From Prasinococcaceae sp. CCMP 1430 (taxonomy: Eukaryota > Plantae > Prasinodermophyta), in assembly GCA_013416795.1 (NCBI GenBank), contig RQSC01001240.1, forward strand, positions 131,787 through 139,746: a DNA stretch of 7,960 nt. Reading direction: 5' to 3'. Shown piece by piece: positions 1 through 6,779 of this stretch. Numbering within the stretch: position 1 is the first letter of the stretch; every line of letters begins with the position of its first letter. The notes below the pieces were generated by a model. It was not told the origin of the DNA. It saw nothing but the letters and a program-made list of their open reading frames with translations, and searched no databases. Position numbers and translations under genes: made by a program.

Positions 1-5
1 GCGAG

Positions 6-46
6 GTCCGCCCGCCCCACCCCTCTGCCCGCCCGCCCGCCCGCAG
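6..46 (+). other. Candidate spliceosomal intron (or the 3' end of a longer intron) upstream of the V-ATPase exon
   Basis: C-rich tract ends in CCGCAG (AG at 45-46) exactly where V-ATPase-like residues begin (SGLTAHARSSLDVEPTLDELE). Read in frame, 2-46 gives RGPPAPPLCPPARPQ, which is not subunit-a-like. GAG|GTCCG at 5/6 would give a 41-nt phase-0 intron. The acceptor is better supported than the donor. Confidence 0.6.
27..42 (+). repeat. (GCCC)4 tetranucleotide repeat just before the splice acceptor
   Basis: GCCCGCCCGCCCGCCC read directly at 27-42. Confidence 0.95.
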
Positions 47-2326
47 TCGGGCCTGACCGCCCACGCGCGCAGCTCGTTGGACGTCGAGCCGACCCTGGAC
101 GAGCTTGAGGGCCGCCTCGCGGCGCTCGAGGGCGAGCTGCTGGAGATCAACAGCAACAGCGACAAGCTCAAGAAGAGCCACAGCGAGCTCGTCGAGCTGC
201 AGCTCGTGCTCGAAAAGGCGGGCGGGTTCTTCGACGAGGCGCGCGCGGACGCGGGCATCCACCAGCGCGAGCAAATGGAGATGGGCGGCGGCGGCTCGAG
301 CTCGGGCATGCTCGGCGGCGGCGCGAGCAGCAGCACGCCCTTCCTCGACGGGGGCGACGCGCTGGGCGCGGGCGGGGGCGCCGACGCCGAGGCCGGCTGG
401 CGCTCGCACGAGAACAAGGCGGTCCGGCTGGGCTTCGTCACGGGCATCGTCGCGCAGGAGAAGGTGCCGAGCTTCGAGCGCGTGCTGTTCCGCGCGACGC
501 GCGGCAACATGTTCCTGCGCACGGCGGCCGTGGACGGCACGGTGTGCGACCCGGGCACCGGCGAGCGCCTGCCCAAGAGCGTCTTCATCATCTTCTTCGC
601 GGGCGAGCGCGCGCGCGCCAAGGTGCTCAAGATCTGCGAGGCCTTCGGCGCCAATCGCTACCCCTTTCCCGAGGACATCACGCGCCAGCGCCAGATGAAC
701 GCCGAGGTGAACGTGCGCCTGCGCGAGCTGCACACGACCATCGACGCGTCGTCGGTGCACCGCGACGGCCTGCTCGCGCAGGTGGGCTCCAGCGTCGAGA
801 GCTGGACGGCGCAGGTCCGGCGCGAGAAGGCGGTGTACCACGCGCTGAACATGTTCTCGGTGGACGTCACGCACAAGTGCCTGGTGGCGGAGGGCTGGTG
901 CCCCGCGGTCGCCAACTCGCAGGTGCAGGCGGCGCTCGTCGGCGCGGCCAGCCGCTCGTCGGCGCAGACGTCGCCCATCATGCAGGTGCTGTCCACGCGC
1001 GAGACGCCGCCCACGTACTTTCGCACCACGAAGATCACGGAGGTCTTCCAGGGCATAGTGGACGCGTACGGCATCGCCGACTATCAGGAGGCCAACCCTG
1101 CGGTCTTCACCATGGTGACCTTTCCGTTCCTCTTCGCGGTCATGTTCGGCGACTTCGGCCACGGCGTGCTGATGCTGCTCTTCGCGCTCTACCTGGTGCT
1201 CAACGAACGCGCGCTCAAGGCCGCGAAGCTCAACGAGATCTTCGGCATGCTCTTCGGCGGGCGCTACATCATCCTGCCCATGGCCGTCTTCTCGATATAC
1301 ACAGGCCTGCTCTACAACGAGTGCTTCAGCTGCCCCATGACGCTCTTCGGCAATTCCAACTACGAGTACGAGGAGGGGAAGAGCCACCCGACGTGGAATG
1401 GCAAGGCGTACGGCTTCGGCCTCGATCCCGCGTGGCACGGCACCAAGGGCGAGCTGCCCTTCACCAACTCGATGAAGATGAAGATGAGCATCATCATGGG
1501 CGTTCTCCAAATGGACCTGGGCATTGTCATGAGCCTGTTCAACGCGCTGTACTTCAAGAAGCCCATCGACATCTACCACCAGTTCATCCCGCAGATGCTC
1601 TTCCTGAACGGACTCTTCGGCTACCTGAGCATGCTCATCGTCATCAAGTGGGTGACGGGCTCGACGGCCGACCTGTACCACATCATGATTTTCATGTTCC
1701 TGGCGCCGGGCCAACTCGAGAAGGAGAACACGCTCTTCCCCGGGCAGGCGGTCGTGCAGGTGCTGCTGGTGCTCATGTGCATGGTGTGCGTGCCGTGGAT
1801 GCTCTTCACAAAGCCCTACCTCCTGAAGAAGCAGCACCAGGCGCGCAGCGGCGGCTACACGGCGCTCACCGGCAACGCGGTCTTCGCCGATGACGACAGC
1901 GACGACGGCGGCCACGGCGGGAGCGGCGAGGGCGAGGGCGAAACCTTCGACTACGCCGACACGCTGGTGCACCAGATGATCCACACGGTCGAATTCGTGC
2001 TCGGCGCCGTGTCCAACACGGCCTCGTACCTGCGGCTGTGGGCGCTCAGCCTGGCGCACGCGCAGCTGAGTGCGGTCTTCTGGGATCGCATGCTGCTGCT
2101 GAGCATCACGTTCGGCCCCACGGCGATGATAATCGGCTTCGGCGCGTGGTTCGGGGCCACCATGGGCGTGCTCATGACGATGGAATCGCTGAGCGCCTTT
2201 TTGCACGCGCTGCGCCTCCACTGGGTTGAGTACCAGAACAAGTTCTTCGGTGGCAACGGCAAGCAGTTCTTGCCCTTCGATCTCAAGAAGATCGATGAGG
2301 AGGCCGAGGCGGAGGAGGCCGCGTGA
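47..2326 (+). CDS. VHA-a: V-type proton ATPase V0 subunit a (Vph1/Stv1/VHA-a family); 5'-partial terminal exon of about 759 codons
   Basis: Family motifs FERVLFRATRGN, ICEAFGANRYPFPE, ETPPTYFRT, NPAVFTMVTFPFLFAVMFGDFGHG, GLDPAWH, NSMKMKMSII, FIPQMLFLNGLFGYL, SNTASYLRLWALSLAHAQLS (essential Arg, codon 2033-2035) and MESLSAFLHALRLHWVE. Strong GC3 bias; TGA at 2324-2326. The TTG start at 77 in the ORF track is not credible, because homology continues to the AG at 46 and the family N-terminus is missing. Confidence 0.97.
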   Translation, partial: SGLTAHARSSLDVEPTLDELEGRLAALEGELLEINSNSDKLKKSHSELVELQLVLEKAGGFFDEARADAGIHQREQMEMGGGGSSSGMLGGGASSSTPFLDGGDALGAGGGADAEAGWRSHENKAVRLGFVTGIVAQEKVPSFERVLFRATRGNMFLRTAAVDGTVCDPGTGERLPKSVFIIFFAGERARAKVLKICEAFGANRYPFPEDITRQRQMNAEVNVRLRELHTTIDASSVHRDGLLAQVGSSVESWTAQVRREKAVYHALNMFSVDVTHKCLVAEGWCPAVANSQVQAALVGAASRSSAQTSPIMQVLSTRETPPTYFRTTKITEVFQGIVDAYGIADYQEANPAVFTMVTFPFLFAVMFGDFGHGVLMLLFALYLVLNERALKAAKLNEIFGMLFGGRYIILPMAVFSIYTGLLYNECFSCPMTLFGNSNYEYEEGKSHPTWNGKAYGFGLDPAWHGTKGELPFTNSMKMKMSIIMGVLQMDLGIVMSLFNALYFKKPIDIYHQFIPQMLFLNGLFGYLSMLIVIKWVTGSTADLYHIMIFMFLAPGQLEKENTLFPGQAVVQVLLVLMCMVCVPWMLFTKPYLLKKQHQARSGGYTALTGNAVFADDDSDDGGHGGSGEGEGETFDYADTLVHQMIHTVEFVLGAVSNTASYLRLWALSLAHAQLSAVFWDRMLLLSITFGPTAMIIGFGAWFGATMGVLMTMESLSAFLHALRLHWVEYQNKFFGGNGKQFLPFDLKKIDEEAEAEEAA

Positions 2327-2331
2327 GCACG

Positions 2332-2557
2332 TCAGCAGGGCGCCCCGCGCAGGCGTCCGTGCGCGGCACTGCCCGACATACTATTAATGATTAAAAACAC
2401 GGTGCGAGCGAACCCCTCGCATCCGTCATTTGCTACGTGGGGAGCCCGCCCGCGCAGCCGCGCGCGCGCCAGGGCGCCCAAGTAGCCGTGTCTGCGCCTG
2501 CCAGCCTGCTGCCCCTCTTGCGCCCGCTCCCGTGTGTTCCTCATTGCCTCATAGGAG
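2332..2557 (-). CDS. Possible alternative terminal exon of the WD40 gene
   Basis: Removing 2558-2639 joins ...MAQIG to SYEAMRNTRERAQEGQQAGRRRHGYLG..., the frame of ORF 2332..2544, ending at TGA 2334-2332. The distal codons crossing the AT island (TTT TTA ATC ATT AAT) look poorly coding, so this is uncertain. Confidence 0.3.
2377..2399. terminator. AT-rich island between convergent genes; candidate polyadenylation element (ATTAAA at 2390-2395 on +)
   Basis: CATACTATTAATGATTAAAAACA is the most conspicuously AT-rich stretch of an otherwise very GC-rich window. It lies 50-70 nt after the VHA-a stop and contains the AATAAA variant ATTAAA. Confidence 0.45.
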
Positions 2558-5500
2558 CTGGTCGGCTAGGCGGGGGTGCATCGGTGCGGTGGTGTGGCGA
2601 CACAAGGCGCGCTTGCTCGTAAGCCGGGCAGAGGGCGACCCGATCTGGGCCATGTAGGTCATGGCGCCTTGCGGTATGATCAGCGCCTTGTTGAGGTGCG
2701 AGAGCTCGCTCTCTTTGTGCGCGAGCTTGGCCATGTCGCTGTCCAGTCCATGAGTGGCGCGAAGCCGCGCCAGGGACATGTCTGCGTTGTCCATGTCTAT
2801 GTTAGCGTCCGCGAGCGCCTGGTCGGCATCGACGCCGCTCGCCTCGGCTGCCGCGCGATACGCCAGGACGCTGTGCGGCAGGCTGTCCAGCACGGGGTCC
2901 TTGCGTACGAACGAGTGCCTCCGCGAACAGTCCTTTGGCTTGGAATGGTCCGCATGCGCGGCCATGAAGCGGATCGCGTGCCTGCGCGTGCCGACTGCGG
3001 GGCGCGGTGACCTCTCGAAAGGGGCGCAGCTCTGAGCGGACTGGACGTATACGGGATCGGCGTACGTCGCGGCGGAGGTCGGCCGCGCGGGCAGCAGCAG
3101 CTGCACACCAGACGCTGCTCCGCTCTCTCCGGCACTAGAGGACACCGCGCCGCCTGCCAGTGGTCCCACGGCGACTGGCAGGGGCTCGGCCGAGGCGATG
3201 TGACGCTCCTCTCCTGCTGTGGCATCTCCGTCGCCTCTGCCGATGCGCCCGCCCGCGCCCGCGCCCGCGGTGGCGGCCACCGGCACCGCCGCCGCCGCCC
3301 CAAATTCGTCGTCCGCCTCAGTCCCTGGCGCCACCTGGTGTGCCTGCGTGTCAACAGAACACAAGGATGTGCCGATGCACACGAGGAGGTCGAAGTCGCT
3401 CGAGAGCGCGCACATGTTTGCAACGGGCTCGCGGAAGGAGAACGTGTGCAGCGCGGTGCGGCTGGCCGTGTGCCACAAGATCACCGAGCAGTCGAGCGAC
3501 GATGACGCAAAGAAGCGCTCGTTGTCCGCCATGGCAAGCGCCGTCACGTGCTGCGTGTGCTCGCGCAGGACGGCCTCGGGGTCGACGCCGCCAGCGTGAG
3601 GCGTGGTGCCCCTTGACAAGATGTCACTCCCGGGATCGGCGGCCGCGGTCGTCCTGTCGAGCAGCTCTGGCCTGCAAACGAGCGACCACACCTCGATGGT
3701 GCCGTCATCCAACCCGCACACGGCCTCGAAGGCGCCGCGAAGGGACACTGCGGTGATCGCGGCGTGCGAAGGCGCCGTCGCGAACGACGCGCGGAGCGTG
3801 AGGTCGCCCATGTCCCACAGCTTGATTGCGCCCTCCATGCCTACGCTGGCGACGAGCTTGCGCTCACGAATGTACCAAAGCCCGATGATTGCCTGCGCGT
3901 GCGCCTGCACCCTCCTCGGCCGCTCAGAGGTTTTCTGCGTCAGAACGGGCACGATCACGAACTGCCCCGTGCCGTAGCCACACACCACGTGCGGGTCGTT
4001 GTGCGCCTTGCGCCAGCGCCTGGCCATCAGGAAGGCCGCCCACGGCGCCGCGGCGCCTTTTGAGCGGCCGGTGGCGCCGCCGCCGCACGCGGGCGCCAGC
4101 GCCCCAGCGATCTTGGCGGCCGCGCCGCGCCCCGATGCGGCGGCCTTCTCGTCGGCGCGGACCTGCCTCTTGGCGCCCGTGCCCTTGGTGTTGAGTGTAG
4201 CCATTTCGCGCGCCTTGTCATGGGCGGCCTGCATGAAGCTAGCGCCGGGCCTCATGGTAGAGCGCCGCCGGCGCATGCGATTTGATGTGGCCTCGGCCAT
4301 CGAGGGCACGAACGCGAAGCATGTGACTGGCCCCTCAACGTCCGTGCGTCCGCCCAGCGAGTGCGCGCGCACGCCCGTGGATAGGTTGTGGACCTCCACG
4401 GCCCCGTTCGCCCAGCCGGTGACAAGCTTGTTTTGCTTGCGCACCACCAACATGGCGGTGATCTCGCTCATCGAAAGGGCGTTGCCCGCCGCTCCCACGC
4501 GCGGCGAGCTGCTCGTGGCGATTGCGTTCGCAGCCTTCGCTTCGCAGGGCGACGGGCTGAGCACCTTCGTGACGTTCCCCAGGGACGCATCGAGGAACTG
4601 CAGCGTGGAGCCCCTGGTGAGGACCGCCAATTCGGTCTTCGGACGCGCTCCGCCGAGGCTGGCGGCCTTGCCGCCGCCTAGCTGCTCGCTGTGACGGCGT
4701 GGCGCGCGCAGAGTCGCCGAGCCGGTCCGGCCAGCGGTGCCCTTCCCACCGCTGCTCGCGGCGTCGCTCGCGGCCCGTGCCGATTCGGAAGCCGCGGCCT
4801 CCGCCGCTGCGGAGGCGACGATCGCTGCGTCGGCGTTGGTCTGCGTGGCATCCATGCGATGGACGCCTCCCAGTGTGCACGCCTCCCTCCGCGCGCCGCG
4901 CGCCCCTCGGCTCAGGCCGTTCCCGCTGCCGTCTCTATCGCGGCGACGGTCGTCTGCATCCACGGGCAGCACCTGCAGGGCCACTATGGGGTCCGTGCAC
5001 CGCGCCAGGGAGACGGCGAAATTCGGCACCTCGACGAGCTTCACGGCGTCGGCCACGGACACGCACAGCATGCGACTGCCGCGCGCGCGCCCTTCCTCGT
5101 CCGCGGCCGTCTTGGTCGATCCGGCACCCACCGCGTCGGCCGCGCGAGCAGCCCCGCCGCGCTCGTCCCCGCTCCCACGATCGCCCGCGGCGCGATCGGC
5201 AGACGCGCCCTCGCCTCCCGATCGCGCTTTTGGGGCCGGCCCGTCCCTCCCGAGTCGGCCTCGCGAGCTGCCCGCGTTTCCCTCGGTGGTCGTCGCGCCC
5301 GCTGCAAAACTCCAGAAGATCATCGCGACCGGCCCCGGCGGCGCGGGTGCCATGGCGCTCACGGCCGCCGACGCCGTCCCAGGCCGCCCGGCGCTGGACG
5401 GATGGTCGCAGATGGTGGGCTGCGCGATTCGCAACGCGTCCCAGCAGGTGGCTGTCTCGACGCACCAGCGCCTGACGACGCCGTCGTCGCCCACGCTCAG

Positions 5501-6778
5501 CAGCGTCCTGCTCTCCGTCTCCTCCTGGAGCGCGACCACCCGGCGCGTGTGGCCCAACAGCGTGTCCACCAGCGCCAGCGCATTCTTGTGAAAATCCCAC
5601 ACGCGGATCGAGCGGTCGGCGCTGGCCGTGACGATGTGCTTGGGGACGGCGCAGTAGATGACGCTCGTGATGGGCAGGTCGTGCAGCGCGCGCAGCTCGT
5701 ACGCGAGCGTCCCGTGCGCGATCGACCACACCTGCACGTCGCACCCGACGGCGGCGAACAGCTGCGATGTCGTCTCGTCGGCGTGCAGGCAGGTCACCCA
5801 GCCGTCGCCGTGGTGCAGCGCGTGCCGCAGCTCGACGCCGCAGGCCAGAGCATTGCCGCTGCCGCCGCTGCCGCCGCCTCGCCTCCCGCGGCCGCGCCGG
5901 CCGCGGGAGGCCGCCGACTCCTCGAGGGCGGCATCATCGCGGTGCGAGTGGCAACCCGCGCTGCCGCCGTCGCCGGCGCCGCCCTTGGCCCGCTGCTGGC
6001 GGCGGAACTTGGCGGTCGCGTCGCCGCCGAGCACCGAGTGGCGCGAGCCGAAGATCATGACGCCGTCGTCGCCGCTGCCGCCGCTGTCGCACATCAGCAG
6101 GCTCCGCTGGGGCTCGCCGTCGGTGGGGCTCGCCGCGCGCGCGGGGCCGCGAGCGCTGCCGCCGCCTTCGCAGTCGCCGCCGTCGCCGCAGTCCGCGCTG
6201 CGGCCAAGCGGCGCCGCCCCGTCTGCGCGGCGGCCGGGCGACGTCGCGCGCTCGAGCTCGGCGCGGCGCGCTTCGTCGGCGCCGTACGCGCGCGCGGTGG
6301 AGACGACCTCCCAGATGGCGATGCCCTCGACGCCCGCGAGGATGTATCGCGAGAGCGGCGAGAAGAAGGTCGCGCACAGCACGGGGCGCTTGGCGCACAG
6401 GTGGATCGATTGCTGCGCGAGCGTGGGCGCGGCGAACGCGACGACGTCGAGGCCGTTGCGCACGCCCAGGAAGACGTCATGCTTGTCGTCGTACGCCAGG
6501 CACGTGGTGGTGCTCCCCGGCGGCAGCGGCGCCCGTTTGACGAGCCGCCCGTCGGCCGCGAAGAGCCGCAGCCACGCGTTGTCCGACGTGAGCATGCGCC
6601 CGCCGCGGCGCGCGCTGTACGCGCACGACACCACCGAGCCGCTGTGGCCGCCGAGCGTGCCGCGCGATCGCAGCGTGGGCACCAGCGGGCTCTCGCCCGC
6701 GTCTCCCCCGACGAGGCCCGGCGCGCCGCCTCCGCTTTCCTCCGCCGCGCCGGACCCGCGGTCGGCGGCGCCGGCGGG
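2549..6778 (-). CDS. Large multi-WD40 (probably two-propeller) protein with long Gly/Ala/Ser/Arg-rich insertions; 5'-partial, start lost in the gap; tentatively WDR97/WDR87-like
   Basis: One open frame of about 1400 codons with repeated WD40 signatures: GGHSGSVVSCAYS, GIAIWEV, VQVWSI, LHDLPITSV..TASADRSIRVWDF, LLGHTRRVVAL..SVGDDGVVRRWC, EITAML..LVTGWANGAVEVHN, QAHAQAIIGL..SVGMEGAIKLWDM, VCGLDDGTIEVWSL, EHTQHVTALAM..ASSSLDCSVILWH. The subfamily call is from memory only, not from a search. The unspliced stop is TGA at 2551-2549. Confidence 0.85.
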   Translation of the reverse strand, partial: PAGAADRGSGAAEESGGGAPGLVGGDAGESPLVPTLRSRGTLGGHSGSVVSCAYSARRGGRMLTSDNAWLRLFAADGRLVKRAPLPPGSTTTCLAYDDKHDVFLGVRNGLDVVAFAAPTLAQQSIHLCAKRPVLCATFFSPLSRYILAGVEGIAIWEVVSTARAYGADEARRAELERATSPGRRADGAAPLGRSADCGDGGDCEGGGSARGPARAASPTDGEPQRSLLMCDSGGSGDDGVMIFGSRHSVLGGDATAKFRRQQRAKGGAGDGGSAGCHSHRDDAALEESAASRGRRGRGRRGGGSGGSGNALACGVELRHALHHGDGWVTCLHADETTSQLFAAVGCDVQVWSIAHGTLAYELRALHDLPITSVIYCAVPKHIVTASADRSIRVWDFHKNALALVDTLLGHTRRVVALQEETESRTLLSVGDDGVVRRWCVETATCWDALRIAQPTICDHPSSAGRPGTASAAVSAMAPAPPGPVAMIFWSFAAGATTTEGNAGSSRGRLGRDGPAPKARSGGEGASADRAAGDRGSGDERGGAARAADAVGAGSTKTAADEEGRARGSRMLCVSVADAVKLVEVPNFAVSLARCTDPIVALQVLPVDADDRRRDRDGSGNGLSRGARGARREACTLGGVHRMDATQTNADAAIVASAAAEAAASESARAASDAASSGGKGTAGRTGSATLRAPRRHSEQLGGGKAASLGGARPKTELAVLTRGSTLQFLDASLGNVTKVLSPSPCEAKAANAIATSSSPRVGAAGNALSMSEITAMLVVRKQNKLVTGWANGAVEVHNLSTGVRAHSLGGRTDVEGPVTCFAFVPSMAEATSNRMRRRRSTMRPGASFMQAAHDKAREMATLNTKGTGAKRQVRADEKAAASGRGAAAKIAGALAPACGGGATGRSKGAAAPWAAFLMARRWRKAHNDPHVVCGYGTGQFVIVPVLTQKTSERPRRVQAHAQAIIGLWYIRERKLVASVGMEGAIKLWDMGDLTLRASFATAPSHAAITAVSLRGAFEAVCGLDDGTIEVWSLVCRPELLDRTTAAADPGSDILSRGTTPHAGGVDPEAVLREHTQHVTALAMADNERFFASSSLDCSVILWHTASRTALHTFSFREPVANMCALSSDFDLLVCIGTSLCSVDTQAHQVAPGTEADDEFGAAAAVPVAATAGAGAGGRIGRGDGDATAGEERHIASAEPLPVAVGPLAGGAVSSSAGESGAASGVQLLLPARPTSAATYADPVYVQSAQSCAPFERSPRPAVGTRRHAIRFMAAHADHSKPKDCSRRHSFVRKDPVLDSLPHSVLAYRAAAEASGVDADQALADANIDMDNADMSLARLRATHGLDSDMAKLAHKESELSHLNKALIIPQGAMTYMAQIGSPSARLTSKRALCRHTTAPMHPRLADQLL
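2558..2639 (-). other. Candidate 82-nt phase-2 intron near the 3' end of the WD40 gene
   Basis: The minus strand reads ATCGG|GTCGCCCTCTGCCCG...GCACCCCCGCCTAGCCGACCAG|CTCCTAT. It has GT..AG ends, a C-rich sense strand, and the 11-mer CCCTCTGCCCG also found in the intron at 21-31. Confidence 0.4.
5881..5911. repeat. Perfect inverted repeat: 14-bp stem, 3-nt loop
   Basis: GCCTCCCGCGGCCG (5881-5894), loop CGC, then CGGCCGCGGGAGGC (5898-5911); the arms are exact reverse complements. Confidence 0.95.
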
Positions 6779-6779
6779 C

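Noticed and set aside
77-79. TTG start codon for the V-ATPase
   Set aside because: The gene is eukaryotic, homology continues upstream to the splice acceptor at 46, and the conserved N-terminus is missing from this window.
105-2286. Alternative-frame and antisense ORFs within VHA-a (197, 449, 138 and 111 aa, etc.)
   Set aside because: They are frame shadows of a strongly GC3-biased gene, with no recognisable domains.
4044-4057. 14-nt palindrome GGCGCCGCGGCGCC, and (CG)n runs near 607-618, 2459-2468 and 7893-7902
   Set aside because: Short GC-only symmetry is expected at this base composition and is explained by Ala/Arg/Gly codons.
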